A stretch of DNA of 64,000 bases from an uncultured Gammaproteobacteria bacterium (GCA_963773065.1 CAVYZN010000032.1:32001-96000); one strand, 5' to 3'. Positions 1 to 11,680 are shown, numbered from the stretch's first letter. The notes: a model not told the origin generated them from the sequence alone. Numbers and translations: made by a program.

Positions 1-76
1 CTCGTGGCAAGCTATTCCATCGAGCGGGATTGAAAATCGTCGGGAAAATTCCTCGCGTCTGACCCTTGGATAGCTC

Positions 77-1069
77 CTAAGGATTCCCGGCAAACACGGC
101 CGGGCCGTAGAGCGCAGTGCGGTCGTTGAGGATCACCCGCACCGGCATTTGTTCTAGCAGACCCTGCATGCGGCCCTTGGCGCGGAAGGCGGTCATGAAG
201 GCGCCGCTCTCCAGTTGGGTGAGGATCTTCGGGGCAATGCCGCCGCCGACATACACACCGCCGCTCGCCATCATTTTGAGCGCGAGGTTGCCGGCCTCGA
301 CGCCGTAGAGGTGGACGAAGAGTTCCAGCGCCTCCACGCACAGCGCATCGCGCCCGCCCTGCGCGGCGCGGGAGATGGCGGCGGCCGGGTCGGCTCCTTG
401 CATGTCGTCCTTCAACCAGCCCGCCACGGCGTGCTTGCGGTAGCGAACCAGGAAGTCGTGGATGTTTACCAGCCCCGGACCCGACACCAGGCGCTCCCAG
501 CTCACATGCCCGTAACGCGCCATCAGGAAGCGCAGCAGCTCGATCTCCAGTTCGTTGCCGGGGCTGAAACCGGTATGGCCGCCCTCGGTGGCGAAGGGGC
601 GGTAGCGCTCGCCATCCCGGAAGAGGCCGGCCTCGCCCAGCCCGGTGCCGGCCGCGATGATGGCGGCGTTGCCGGCGGGATTTTCGATCCCCTCGTTGAG
701 GGTGTGAAAGTCCATTTCACCGAGGGCGCGCAGGCCCCAGGCGTTGGCTTCCAGGTCATTCAGCAGCGCGACCCGGCGGATATGAAAACGCGCGGCGATT
801 TCCGCGGCGCTGATCCGCCACGGCAGGTTGGTCACATCCACCACGTCGTCGCGCACCGGCCCGGCGACGCCGAAACAGGCGGCGTCCGGCCGCATGTCCC
901 CGGCGCCGAGGAAGTCCTCGATGATGTCGTTCAGCGCGGCATAGTCCCGGCTGGGGTAGCTGCGCTCGGCCATGCCGTCGAGGTGCGCGCCCGCCACATC
1001 GAACACGGCCAGCCGCGTTTTCGTTCCGCCGATGTCGCCCGAGAGTACCCGTAGCGTGTTGTTCGCCAT
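77..1069 (-). CDS. glk: Glucokinase
   Basis: GDIGGTKTR, LLNDLEA, GTGLG, TEGGH and GGIAPKI motifs; start taken at ATG 1069 (MANNTL). Confidence 0.93.
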   Translation of the reverse strand: MANNTLRVLSGDIGGTKTRLAVFDVAGAHLDGMAERSYPSRDYAALNDIIEDFLGAGDMRPDAACFGVAGPVRDDVVDVTNLPWRISAAEIAARFHIRRVALLNDLEANAWGLRALGEMDFHTLNEGIENPAGNAAIIAAGTGLGEAGLFRDGERYRPFATEGGHTGFSPGNELEIELLRFLMARYGHVSWERLVSGPGLVNIHDFLVRYRKHAVAGWLKDDMQGADPAAAISRAAQGGRDALCVEALELFVHLYGVEAGNLALKMMASGGVYVGGGIAPKILTQLESGAFMTAFRAKGRMQGLLEQMPVRVILNDRTALYGPAVFAGNP

Positions 1070-1186
1070 GCCGCTAATCTCCGTTGCGCTGCACTGGATC
1101 AGGAAGCCGGGATTGTGACACATCGGTGTCGTTCCGGTAATTCGCTATGACCATTGCGCCGCTTGGTCGCGATTGGCTTCCCGCCA

Positions 1187-2236
1187 TCAATGGCTCCCGA
1201 CGTCCACGTCGGCGCCTTCCTTACGCAGGCGCTCGGCGCGCGCCGAGAGAAAGCGCTGGAAACTGGGCTCCGTCAGGTAGGCCTCCTGCAGGACATAGTC
1301 GAACACGGACTGGACGTGGAAGTTCTTGAGGAAGGCGTCGATGCGCATGACCTCCTGGCCGCGCCGGTCGAAAAAGACGATGGACGGGGCATAGCCCAGG
1401 TCGAGGTCGCGCGCCCACGCGCTCGCGGTGGTGCGCTCATCCCCGGGAGTGATGACGGGGGTATCGGCCTGCCTGTCGAGCTGCACGGTCTCGAAGCGTT
1501 CGACCAGTGCGCGTGTTGCCGGGTCGGCGAGGATCTGCTCATGCAGTCTGTCGCAGTCCACGCAGTTCGCCTGCTCGAAGAACACGGCCAGCGGCCGGTC
1601 GGCGGGGACTCTGTTTCGCGCCAGGGCGTACGGGGGTTTCATGAAGAACGGTTCCGGATGGAGTGCGCCGTCCCGCGCGGCGGCAAGCCGCGAGCCGAGG
1701 TAATCGTGGAAGCTCAGTTGCGTTTCCTTGTGACCGGCGACATAGTCGAGCGCGAGGCGAAAGCGCTCCGGCGGGTAATAGCCGTTGAGGCGCAGGGCGA
1801 CCTTGCCCTGTTCATCGAGGAAGATAAGCGTCGGTGTGTAATTCACCTTGAGCGCGACTGCCAGCGACTTCTCGGTATGGCTCTGGCCATCCGTGGCGAC
1901 CACCTCGCGGTCCCCCCACATGTCGACGGCAATGGACTCCAGGTTGTTCCGCATCGCGGCGGCGATGTCGGGCTGCGTGAAGTTTTTCTTCACCAGCAGG
2001 CTGCAGTAGGGGCAGTGAGCCTGATGGAAATAGAGCATGACGCGCTTGTGGTTCGCAGCCGCTTCCCGCACGTCCTCGGCTAAATCGAGGAAGCTTTCCT
2101 TGAACCAGGCGGGCGGTTCGGATTCCTCGGCCCCTAGGAAGCGGCCGTTCTCATTCGCCGAGACTCCCATTACCGTCAGGAGGGGCAGGAAAAGGACCAG
2201 GACGACCCGGATCCGCAAGGGGTGAGTTGACTGCAT
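1187..2236 (-). CDS. Exported tandem thioredoxin-fold protein (SoxW-like)
   Basis: Signal peptide; two Trx domains with CPYC and CVDC; WFKESFLDL..D..EA and TPTLIF..GY motifs. Confidence 0.75.
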   Translation of the reverse strand: MQSTHPLRIRVVLVLFLPLLTVMGVSANENGRFLGAEESEPPAWFKESFLDLAEDVREAAANHKRVMLYFHQAHCPYCSLLVKKNFTQPDIAAAMRNNLESIAVDMWGDREVVATDGQSHTEKSLAVALKVNYTPTLIFLDEQGKVALRLNGYYPPERFRLALDYVAGHKETQLSFHDYLGSRLAAARDGALHPEPFFMKPPYALARNRVPADRPLAVFFEQANCVDCDRLHEQILADPATRALVERFETVQLDRQADTPVITPGDERTTASAWARDLDLGYAPSIVFFDRRGQEVMRIDAFLKNFHVQSVFDYVLQEAYLTEPSFQRFLSARAERLRKEGADVDVGSH

Positions 2237-2470
2237 GGCTGCCGCTCCTGCCGGTGGATTCGGCATGCGTCTGTTGTATTCAGTGTAAACCGCGTGGGGG
2301 CGGTTTTCACCGCTGAAATCCAGCGGGAAATCCCTGCGATTGGTTGTTTGTTAGGAAATGGTATCCGCTGATTCGATTGGTGCTGATGATTCGGACGTAG
2401 GCCATCTGCCTGATTACATTCAAGTGTCCCTGGTGGCCTTGGTAGTGCACTCCGTCTGAATTCAGTATGA

Positions 2471-5405
2471 CTAGTTGATCGTGTATTTGGCCTTGCCATC
2501 ATTTGCTTTACCATGCCCGGCATCAATATCCTCAATCTCGAAGTTCGTATTACCAGCGGGTTCGGAGATAAAATATCCCTGTGCGAGATTGACTCCCAAC
2601 TCCCACAGGATTGCAAGGCAAACCGGACTCTCAACGCCTTCGGCGATTGTTATTAAATTGTTATTTCTCGCCATATTTATGATCTCAGTGACTTTGGCGA
2701 GGCACTGACCCTTGCTGCTGATATTCTGGACCAGTCCGCTGTCGATTTTTATGTAATCGGCATGGATGTGCTGGAGGTGCTGCGGTTGTGTTGCCAGCCG
2801 GTAATGTTCAATGGCTATCTTGCAGCCAATTTTATTCAGTGCGTTGGACAGCATGGACAGGTTCTTCAGTTCACTTTCCAATACGCGCTCCGCTACCTCG
2901 AAAACGAGCTGCCCGGGGTTGATGCTGTATTCCTTGATCTTGCCCATGATCCACAGGGGAAGGTCATGGTCGGACACTGACTGCCTGGTCAGTTTGATAA
3001 ACAGTTTCATGTCCAGGTTCGGTTTTTCGGCCAGCGTTCTCATCATACTTTCTATGACATAGCGGTCTACCTCCTTTGCCTTTCCTGTATTGACCGCCAT
3101 GGAGAAAAACTCGCCGGGAAGAATAATGTCGCTGTTTTCATCGACGACCCTGGTCAGCACCTCGAAGCAGTTGATCGAGTTGTCCTTGAGGTTGGAAATC
3201 GGCTGGTAGTAGATCTTTATGCGATTTTCGGCGAGAACCCTGTCGACTATTTCAGCATGCTTAATGTTGCTTTCAGGCAGGCACAACTCGTCGGCTACCG
3301 GACTGTTAACCAGTACCTGGTTCCCACCGGTTAAACGCGCAGATTCACATGCCAGATCCGCTCTCGCAATCACATGCTCGGCGCTGGAGTCGCTGCCACG
3401 GACCGCGCAGACACCGATGCTTGTCGATATGACTAGTGTGCGACCGGCGGCTTCAAAGATATGATTCTCGACAGTCGAGCGTATCCGTTCCGCCTTTTTC
3501 TGCGTATCGTCAGTGCTTGCGTCACGGCATAGTACGGCAAAGGTGCAGTAACCGAATTGCGTAATCATATCGTTCCCGTCACAATGTGATTCGATGATTC
3601 CGGAAATCTGGTCAACTACCTGCTCACTGTTCATGACGCCGATTTCGTCCCTGACGCGGATGAAATTATCGAGTAATACATACATGACGGTATGCTTTGC
3701 GCCGGTGCCATCCGGTTCGGCCAGCAGGTTGTCGAGGTGTGAGATAAATCGGTCGCGGTCGGTGATTAATGGAGAAGGACCCGTGTCTTGATTTTGTGCG
3801 GGTAATCCGCTGGCGTTAGGTTGTCGGGATGTTTCCGGCGGCTCAGCCTGCAACTGCTCGCACCTCTCACCGGATGCAGACGGCTCCGCCTTGAGTCTTT
3901 CAACCCCGTCACGCAATGACACGACTGTCACATTGAGATCGGATCGCTCTCCCGGAGAGCGGTCTGCATCTTCGACGGCCACTCTGAGGCGCTCGACCCC
4001 TTGGTCCGATCTTGCTTTTTCCAGTGCGGATTCAAGGTCGACCACCTGCGCTTCAAGCTCATCAGCTTTTTTTGCACGTTCTGCGAACATCCGGAGCCTG
4101 TGATTCGGATTCCTTCAGCCTTGTTTCCAGATCAACCAATGCGGCTCGCAATGCGTTCTCGGCGCCATTGTCAACCATGAGAATATCCTGTGTCCGGTTG
4201 ACGGCTTCGAGCTTTGCCTTCAGCGTGGCGATGGCGGCATCTTTCTCACCCACGATCTTCTTGTGCACGCCATTTTCCGATATCGACGACTCATGCAGCG
4301 CACGGTTGAGAGTCTCCAGTCTTTCCGCATGAGCCACCAGCTCATTGTGGATTGCCTGCAGGGATCCATAGTCGCTGGAGATACTGGATAGCTTGTCGTT
4401 GAGTTCCGCACACTCCCTGGCGTGGGACTCGGCCTCCACGCGCTTCATTTGGGACTGTGCATCGAGTTCATTCTTGAGTTCGCCGATGTGATCGTGCAAC
4501 GACGCAATTTCCTTATTCCTGGAATCCAGTTCGTGGCTGCTTTTCTGAAGCTGTCCTTCCTTCGCCCGAAGTGCGTCGTTCAGCGCCTGGATTTCCGTGT
4601 GTTGCCTGCTTGACTCTTCCCTGTGCGCCTCTTCCTGTTGTTTTCCGGCCTCGGTCAGGGATGCGACCTCCGTAGAAAGAGTGTCAACCTGCCTCGAAAA
4701 CTCGGCAATTATGCTATTGCGCTCCTGCAGTTCCGCGTGAAGTACTTTGAGCTGCTCAGAGGTAGAATCATATTTTTCCTGCGCTACCTCGAGCTTATTG
4801 TTGAATTCCCCTCTCTCCCGTGCATACTCCTCTGCCGCGCGCAGGCTATCGGCCTTGTGCTGTTCCAGCGTCGTGGTCAGTTCCGCCACGCGAGAAGCCA
4901 GGAGACTGATTTCACCTGCATGCTCATTGAGTGATTTCTCCTGTTCAGCGGTCTGCTGCTGGAGGCGGTTCCGTTCGGAGTCCAGTTCACGGATTCTTTG
5001 GCCGAGCGCTTCCGTTTCACGTGCGTGTGTTTCGTCCATCCTGTGGGTCTTGCTGGTCTCCTCATCGAACGCAGCATTTAATGACTTGATCGATTCATTG
5101 AGTTCATCAATCCGAGCTGAACGCTCCTTCAGGAGCTTGCGGGATGATTCAAGCTCATATAATGCCGTATTGAACGCGGCATTGAATTCTTCAGCAACGG
5201 CCAACAAATCACCGATTGTGGGTCCGTCCTTTCCGGTATCACCGGCCTGGACAGGGACTTCCAGCACCGGTTCTTCGTTCAGGTTGCTGTACTGTTCTGA
5301 TTTCACGCCGTTGCCTGTCTGCATAGTGTCTTTTCCGGTTCTTGTGCTTAACTGACTGGCCACTGTATCCCTCATTTCACGTAGCCTCGTAATCATCCTG
5401 CTCAC
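2471..5405 (-). CDS. Long coiled-coil protein fused to degenerate GGDEF-EAL domains (FimX-like C-terminus); one frameshift near 4093
   Basis: ORFs 4062..5405 (heptad-rich) and 2471..4090 join as ESESQA-RMFAERAKK by removing one base; GGDEF replaced by FGYCTF, EVL present, DDFG replaced by EHYR, AEGVE and QGY present. Confidence 0.7.
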
Positions 5406-5784
5406 TGTATTGCTCTCCTGAAGCGGAATTGTCCGCTGGGTGACAGGACGCCCCGATAGCTATCGGCGTGGCCCCGGTAATATTTATTTAATGTTCCTGA
5501 CAACGGTGACAGGCAATCACCGGGGCTCGATGGCTTTGTTACGGAGTCCGCGGTTTTCGCAGACTGGCAGGCAATCAATGACTGTCATGCGAGTTGAGGC
5601 GGTGAGGTCGAACCTTGTTTGGTGCTGGCAAGGCGATATACAAAATATCTTTGTAGCAATATGTTAAATGAACACACCCGCACGGTGACCGCATGTGGTC
5701 AGTGCCAATCCGTGCTAGTCTCCTGCACAATCACCGTCTCCAGGTGACAGCGCCTCCCCGCCGCAACCCTGGAGTCGCTCGCGG

Positions 5785-5979
5785 ATGCCCTGCAAGTTGC
5801 TATATGTGCATGACGCCGCAGAACTCGTGGACTTGCGAGTGCCACCGGGGAATCGGCTAGAGGCGCTAAAAGGGAAGCTCGCAGTATTTTACTCGATCCG
5901 AATCAACGATCAGTGGCGCATCGTTTTTCGGTGGAAAGGCAGCAACGCCAAAGATGTTCAGGTCATTGATTACCACTGA
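5785..5979 (+). pseudogene. higB: HigB-like (RelE superfamily) toxin, N-terminally truncated
   Basis: DLRVPPGNRLEALKG..YSIRINDQWRIVFRW..DYH; about 30 N-terminal residues absent. Confidence 0.75.
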
Positions 5980-6004
5980 ATCAGATGTGTAGGAGTATTT
6001 GGTT

Positions 6005-6271
6005 ATGAAGCAGCCCAAGAATCCGTATCACCCGGGCGAAATCCTCCTGGAGGAGTTTCTCAAACCAGCTGGCATCACCCAGATGGCGTTCGCCCAAAAG
6101 CTTGGCTGGACAAGGGCTCGTCTGAATGAGCTAATCAAGGGTAAACGCGGTATCACGGCCGAAGCGGCATTGGACCTGGCAGAGGCATTGGGTACGTCCG
6201 CGAAGCTTTGGATGAACTTGCAAGCGACGTATGACCTCGATCAGGCGATGAAACGACGCAACGCTGCGTGA
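6005..6271 (+). CDS. higA: HigA family HTH antitoxin
   Basis: HPGEILLEEFL..T Q..A..LG..R..ELIKGKRGIT..A..L..S..WMNLQ..YDL. Confidence 0.9.
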   Translation: MKQPKNPYHPGEILLEEFLKPAGITQMAFAQKLGWTRARLNELIKGKRGITAEAALDLAEALGTSAKLWMNLQATYDLDQAMKRRNAA

Positions 6272-6498
6272 GTTCAGCACGGAAACAGTACAACGTATAC
6301 CGGATCGACGGGAGAAGCTGGCGAGTGAGCTTGCGACTGGCTATACAGTAAGAGCGTAGCATCGAGCTTCAGGGAAAGCTGGCCCGTGCCCGTGCGGAAC
6401 TCCTCAGTAGGGAGCCGGATTTATTTTTTCCAGCCCGCGGCAGGGGGGTATGAACGGCCGTGACACAACCGGTTGTTTGCTGAAGTTTGGGTGGCCGA

Positions 6499-8316
6499 TC
6501 AGCCGAGGTATTGGATTTCCCGCGCGTCGCGGTAGATCTTGTGCGACAACTGGGAGGCGAGATTCACCAGCAGCTTCGTCTTCACCGCGTCATCCAGGTC
6601 ATCGAAATTCACCTCCAGGCATTCCGTGTCGCGGGTGGCCTTCACATCGGCCGCACGGCGCCGCTCGTTCAGCAGGGCAACCTCGCCGAAGGCGGTGCCG
6701 CTGCCGAGTGTGGCCAGACGGATCGCACGGTTTATACCCGCGTTCACGGTGACGTCCACCTGGCCGTCGAGGATAAAGTAGAATGAATCGGCGGATTCCC
6801 CGGCGCAGAAGACGGTCTCCCCGTTGGCGAAGCGGGCCATCCTGCCGACCGACAGCACCTGGCTGATTTCCTCCTCCGTCATGTTCTGGCACAGGTACTG
6901 GTCGCGGATGTCGATGCCCGACGTGCCCACCCTGGCATCGGCGCGCTGGATGATGCGGTTCTCGCACCACTCCAGCGCCCGGTCGGTGTCCTCGAAGCGG
7001 AGCAGTTCGCCGCCGGCTTCGGGATAGTGCTTCGCGAGGTATTTGCAAAACGGGTAGTGGTCATGCGTATTCGTGAAGAACACCTGCCGGTCGTCCCGGT
7101 GCAGGGCGCGCGCCAGGCGGGTGAATATCTGGCTCGCGGCGCGGTCTAGGTCGGAGACCTTTTTAAGATCGACGATGAGGAACTCGAATTCGGCCTCCTG
7201 CGAGATGATCTGCTGGACGACGGATTCCGCCGAGCCGAACTTGAGCTCTCCCTGCAGCTCGATGACATGGATGCGTCCGCCTTCGGCATCCAGGATGCGG
7301 TTCTCCTCCATGCCGCGCCAGCGACGCGAACGGATCTTGGCGCCGTCGTAATGCACGCGGATCACCGAGGCGGAGGTCGAGCGCACGACGTTGAAGAGGT
7401 GGAGTTGCAGGTCCTCGGAGATTCTCCGGCAGGCCGCGATGCCGCGCACGCTGTTGCCCTTGGCATCGAGCGGCGGGGAGAATACGCCTAGCCCGAACTG
7501 CCCGGGCAGCACCGCCATGATGCCGCCGCCCACGCCGCTCTTGGCGGGCAGACCGACATCGTGCAGCCACGAGCCCGAGTAGTCATACATGCCGCAGGAA
7601 CTCATCACGCTCAGCACCTTTTCGACGTACTTGCCGCTGATAGCCGTGACGCCGGTGACCGGGTTGACGCCGTTGTTCGCCAGGCAGGCGCCGATGAGGG
7701 CGAGGTCGCGCGCCGTCACCAGGATCGAGCATTGCCTGAAATAGATGTCCAGCACCTCTTCCGGCGTCCGGTCCAGTATTCCGTAGCCGTAGAGGAGATG
7801 CGCGATGGCGCGGTTGCGGTGGCCGGTCTCGCTCTCGGAGCGGTAGACCTTCTCGTCGATCGCCATGCCATGACCGGCATAGCGTTCGAAGCAGGCCATG
7901 ATCCGCTGCATCGGGCCTTTGTCCTGCTCGCCGTGGATCAGGCCCGAGGTGGCGATGGCGCCGGCATTGATCATCGGATTCAGCGGCCGGCCAGTCTGCG
8001 CCTCCAGGCTGATCGAGTTGAACGCCTCCCCTGACGGTTCCACGCCCACCTTGGCCTGCGCCCGGGCGAGCCCGTTATCCTCCAGGGCGAGGCCGTAGGT
8101 GATGGCCTTGGAGATCGACTGGATGGTGAACGGCAGTTGGGTGTCGCCGACCTGATAGACATGTCCGTCCACCGTGGCGATGGCGATGCCGAACCAGTCG
8201 GGGTTCGCACGGGAAAGTTCCGGGATATAGCTCGCGACATCCCCGCTGCGCACCGCGGCCAACTCGGCGCAAAGTTCCTGCAGGTATTCCTGTAGGGGTG
8301 AGGCGATCTGAATCAT
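6499..8316 (-). CDS. glsA: Glutaminase A with C-terminal STAS and cNMP-binding domains
   Basis: FTIQSISK, GVEPSG..FNSI, NPMINAGA, GMYDYSG, PAKSGVGG; STAS-like ELQGELKFG..VDLKKVSDLD; cNMP FGEVAL..RRAADV. Confidence 0.9.
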   Translation of the reverse strand: MIQIASPLQEYLQELCAELAAVRSGDVASYIPELSRANPDWFGIAIATVDGHVYQVGDTQLPFTIQSISKAITYGLALEDNGLARAQAKVGVEPSGEAFNSISLEAQTGRPLNPMINAGAIATSGLIHGEQDKGPMQRIMACFERYAGHGMAIDEKVYRSESETGHRNRAIAHLLYGYGILDRTPEEVLDIYFRQCSILVTARDLALIGACLANNGVNPVTGVTAISGKYVEKVLSVMSSCGMYDYSGSWLHDVGLPAKSGVGGGIMAVLPGQFGLGVFSPPLDAKGNSVRGIAACRRISEDLQLHLFNVVRSTSASVIRVHYDGAKIRSRRWRGMEENRILDAEGGRIHVIELQGELKFGSAESVVQQIISQEAEFEFLIVDLKKVSDLDRAASQIFTRLARALHRDDRQVFFTNTHDHYPFCKYLAKHYPEAGGELLRFEDTDRALEWCENRIIQRADARVGTSGIDIRDQYLCQNMTEEEISQVLSVGRMARFANGETVFCAGESADSFYFILDGQVDVTVNAGINRAIRLATLGSGTAFGEVALLNERRRAADVKATRDTECLEVNFDDLDDAVKTKLLVNLASQLSHKIYRDAREIQYLG

Positions 8317-8700
8317 GGGCTGCTGTCCGGTTGCCGCTGCACCGGTAGCGGCATGAAAGAAGCGTGCCAGTGCCACCCTGTCCCGCTGCAATGTTCCGGC
8401 ACGGCCGGCCGGGTGAACGCCGGTACCGCTCTCCAAGCGATTGATCCGGTGGCCGTGTCGCCGGTGCGGGAAGAGCTTACGGCACCTGGTCCGGTGGCCC
8501 GCCACGGTGATCGTCCTGCTTCACTACCGACCCGCGGTGGTGCGGGATGACTCGTATTGGTGCAAACACCGCGCCGCGCCTCAGTCATTGCGCCCGCCCG
8601 CCGCTGTCGTATTGTCACAATTTTCGAGCGTCTATTTGCTACACTCCGGGCTTTGCGGTAGTGGCGATCAGCCGGACCGCGACGGCAAGGGGGGAGAACA

Positions 8701-9078
8701 ATGGCGAACAATCACGCCGATGAACAGTCCGCGGCGGCGACGGCGGCCATGAACCGGGTGCTCGCGGCGGAACGCGAGGCCGAACAGGCCGTTGCCGACT
8801 GTGAACGGCAGGCGCAGGCGCTACTCCAGGCGGCCTATGCGCGCGCCCAACGGATTGCCGGCCGTGCCGATCAGCGCATTTCACTTCTGCGCATGCGCTG
8901 CGGCGACCGGGTGTCGCGGCAGATCGAAGCCATGGAGCGCGACGAGCGGGCGGCGCCGCAGGCGTCATCACCGGACTACCCGGATGCCGCGCGCCTTGCC
9001 GCCATCGTCGAGCAGCTCGCCGCCGAGCTGAGCGGCGATGCCCCGTCGACGGCGCAATCCAGGGACGACGGTGAATGA
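8701..9078 (+). CDS. V/A-type ATPase peripheral stalk subunit (G/H-like)
   Basis: Small Ala/Glu/Arg coiled-coil protein, first gene of a V-ATPase operon. Confidence 0.55.
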   Translation: MANNHADEQSAAATAAMNRVLAAEREAEQAVADCERQAQALLQAAYARAQRIAGRADQRISLLRMRCGDRVSRQIEAMERDERAAPQASSPDYPDAARLAAIVEQLAAELSGDAPSTAQSRDDGE

Positions 9079-9845
9079 GCGATGTCGCGCGTTTCGCCTA
9101 TGTCCAGGCGCGACTGCAGGCGCGCCATGGCGCGCGCCCGGACGAGGGCGTTTGGCGGCGGCTGGAAACGGTCGGTGAACTCGGCAATTATCTCCAGGTC
9201 GCGCGGAACACGGCGCTTCGACCCTGGGTGGGCGGCCTGCAGGTCAGCCATGGCGCGCATGACATCGAGCTGTCGCTGCGCCAGCAGTATCGCCGCTATA
9301 TCGATGAAGTGGCTCACTGGATGCCGGGACGCTGGCGCGGCTCCGTGCGCTGGGTCAGGCGCCTGCTCGATCTGCCCGCCCTGCAGTATCTGTTGACGGG
9401 CGCCGCCGCGCCCGCCTGGATGCGGGAGGATCCCGAGCTGCGAGGCTTCGTCGCCGCCGATACCGCCCTGCGGGTGCAGTCCGTGCGGTCATCCGACTGC
9501 GCCGTCCTGCTCGATGGCTGGCAGGGCGGCGATCCCCTCTACGCGGCCTGGCTCGATCACTGGCGTGATCTCTGGCCGGGGTCGTCCCGCCAGGCGGTGG
9601 GACTGGAGTCTCTCGCGCGGTTGTTGCGCCGGCATATCGGGGCTCTGCATCTGTATCCCGTGGCGTCGAGCGCGCCGCTGCGCGAGGGCCTCTTGCAGCG
9701 GCTCAATTCCAGCTTTCGCCGTTACAGTTTTCAACCGGCGGCCGCCTTCGCCCATCTGGGCCTGGTCGCGCTGGATCTGGAGAAATTGCGGGGTCAATTG
9801 CTGCGGCGGGTGTTGTTTGCCGGCGTTCCGGAGCCGCCGTCATGA
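9075..9845 (+). CDS. V/A-type ATPase subunit C-like protein
   Basis: FAYVQARLQARHG N-terminus; operon position before subunit I; ATGA coupling. Confidence 0.6.
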   Translation: MSDVARFAYVQARLQARHGARPDEGVWRRLETVGELGNYLQVARNTALRPWVGGLQVSHGAHDIELSLRQQYRRYIDEVAHWMPGRWRGSVRWVRRLLDLPALQYLLTGAAAPAWMREDPELRGFVAADTALRVQSVRSSDCAVLLDGWQGGDPLYAAWLDHWRDLWPGSSRQAVGLESLARLLRRHIGALHLYPVASSAPLREGLLQRLNSSFRRYSFQPAAAFAHLGLVALDLEKLRGQLLRRVLFAGVPEPPS

Positions 9846-11680
9846 TGATGCGCCCGGTGCGCACCCGCTGGTTCGAACTGCTGAGCGCGCGTGAGGATCT
9901 CCCGCTGGCCATCGAGACCCTGGCGCGTACCGGTCAGATCGAACTTGAAACCCGCCAGGATGCGCGCCCGCGCATCGATCTGCAGGACCTGCGGGAGGGG
10001 CTGCTGGAATTCAACCGGCTGGCGCGCCGCTATCAGCCTTACTGGCCGGCCGGGGAGCCGGCTGCCCGCCGCGCCGCGGTTGGCCCGCAACAGATCCTCG
10101 AGCGCGCCCTGCGGCGCCTGCTGGCCTGGGAAAAAGCCGCCGCGCCCGTCATTCACCAGGTGGAATCCCGCGTGAGTGAGCAGTCCGAGCTGCGGCTGTT
10201 CGAGGAGCTGCTGCGGCATGCCGGCGCCGCGGCGCCCGATTTCGCCCTGCTGGCGGCGGCAGGACCAGTGCTGCAATCCCGCGTGTTCGTGCTGCCGTCG
10301 CGAGCGCGCATCGACCCGGTACCCGGGCCGGTCCTGCGGGCGCGCATCCGCTCGACGACACATGATTTTTTGCTCGCCGTCGGGCGGCCCGCCGATCTCG
10401 ACGCCCTGGCTTTGGCCCTGGCGGAGCACAAGGCGCGGGTGCTGCGCCTGCCGGCGCCGTTGCCGGAAACACCCGCCGCCGTCATCGTGAAGGTCGGCAA
10501 GCGGCTCACGCGGCTCGGCCGGGAGATCGAGCGGTTGGGCCGGCGGATCGAGGCGCTTTCCCAGTCGCATGACCTCGCCAGGACCCTGGGCGAGCTGCAG
10601 CGCCTGGAATGGTTTCTGACCCATGTGGGCAGCGTGCCGGTTTCGGAAAATTTCGCCTGGGTGACCGGATGGACCGACGATACCGGCGGCGCGCGGTTGT
10701 CCGCGGTGCTGGAGAAGGCAGAGCTCGACGCCATGATGCATTTCCCGCGGCCGCCGCCGAAGGTGGCGGTGCCCCTGGTGCTGCGCAATCCCTGGTGGGC
10801 GCAACCGTTCGAGGTGTTCGCGCGCCTGCTGGGGACGCCCGCCGCCGAGGAAGCCGATCCGAGCCCGATCCTGGCGGTGCTGGCGCCGCTGCTGTTCGGC
10901 TACATGTTCGGCGATGTGGGCCAGGGGCTGGTGCTGCTGGCGGCGGGCGTGGCGCTGCGGCGGCGCTGGCCGTTGCTGCGGATACTCATTGCCAACGGGC
11001 TGGCGGCGATGCTGTTCGGGGTGGTGTTCGGCAGCGTGTTCGGACAGGACGGTCTGATTGCGCCGCTCTGGGTGAACCCGGTGGAAGAGCCGCTGCCCGT
11101 GCTGCTGGTGCCGCTCGCCGGCGGTGTGGCCATCCTGTTGCTGGGACTCCTGCTCGATGCGATACAGGCTGGCTGGCGCGGTGAACTGCGCCGCTGGGTT
11201 CGGATCGAGGCGGCCGTGCCGGTGCTATACGCGGCGCTGCTCGCCGCCGTGTTCGTGCCCGCGGCCCTGTGGGTCGCGCCCGCCGCCGTGGCATGGTTTT
11301 TCGCCGGCCGCATCGCCGTCACACACGGCAGGCGCTGGTCGAGCGCGGCGGCCGCAGCCGGTACCCTGCTCGAACGCGTCCTGGAATTGCTGCTCAATAC
11401 CGTCTCGTTCGTGCGCGTCGGCGCCTTCGCGCTGGCGCACGGGAGTCTGTCGCTGGCCTTCACCATCATGGCGGCGGCGACGGACAGCCACGTGTTTGGG
11501 CCATTGATCCTGTTGCTTGGCAACCTGATCGTTATAATGCTTGAGGGCCTGGTCGTGTCCGTACAAACGACCCGCCTGATACTGTTCGAGTTCTTTATCC
11601 GTTTTTTGCGCGGCACGGGGCGCACCTTCCGCCCGCTGGCCGCGCCCGAACCCGAGGTTGCGACAAGGAGAACAACATGA
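9842..11680 (+). CDS. V/A-type ATPase subunit I (a)
   Basis: DPSP..P..FGYMFGDVGQG, essential Arg in NTVSFVRVGAFALAH, LEGLVVSVQTTRL..FEFF. Confidence 0.92.
   Translation: MMMRPVRTRWFELLSAREDLPLAIETLARTGQIELETRQDARPRIDLQDLREGLLEFNRLARRYQPYWPAGEPAARRAAVGPQQILERALRRLLAWEKAAAPVIHQVESRVSEQSELRLFEELLRHAGAAAPDFALLAAAGPVLQSRVFVLPSRARIDPVPGPVLRARIRSTTHDFLLAVGRPADLDALALALAEHKARVLRLPAPLPETPAAVIVKVGKRLTRLGREIERLGRRIEALSQSHDLARTLGELQRLEWFLTHVGSVPVSENFAWVTGWTDDTGGARLSAVLEKAELDAMMHFPRPPPKVAVPLVLRNPWWAQPFEVFARLLGTPAAEEADPSPILAVLAPLLFGYMFGDVGQGLVLLAAGVALRRRWPLLRILIANGLAAMLFGVVFGSVFGQDGLIAPLWVNPVEEPLPVLLVPLAGGVAILLLGLLLDAIQAGWRGELRRWVRIEAAVPVLYAALLAAVFVPAALWVAPAAVAWFFAGRIAVTHGRRWSSAAAAAGTLLERVLELLLNTVSFVRVGAFALAHGSLSLAFTIMAAATDSHVFGPLILLLGNLIVIMLEGLVVSVQTTRLILFEFFIRFLRGTGRTFRPLAAPEPEVATRRTT

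Noticed and set aside
6272-6430. Possible attC and hairpin-repeat remnant after higA
   Set aside because: Only a weak GGATTTATTTT resemblance; no convincing R/L pairing
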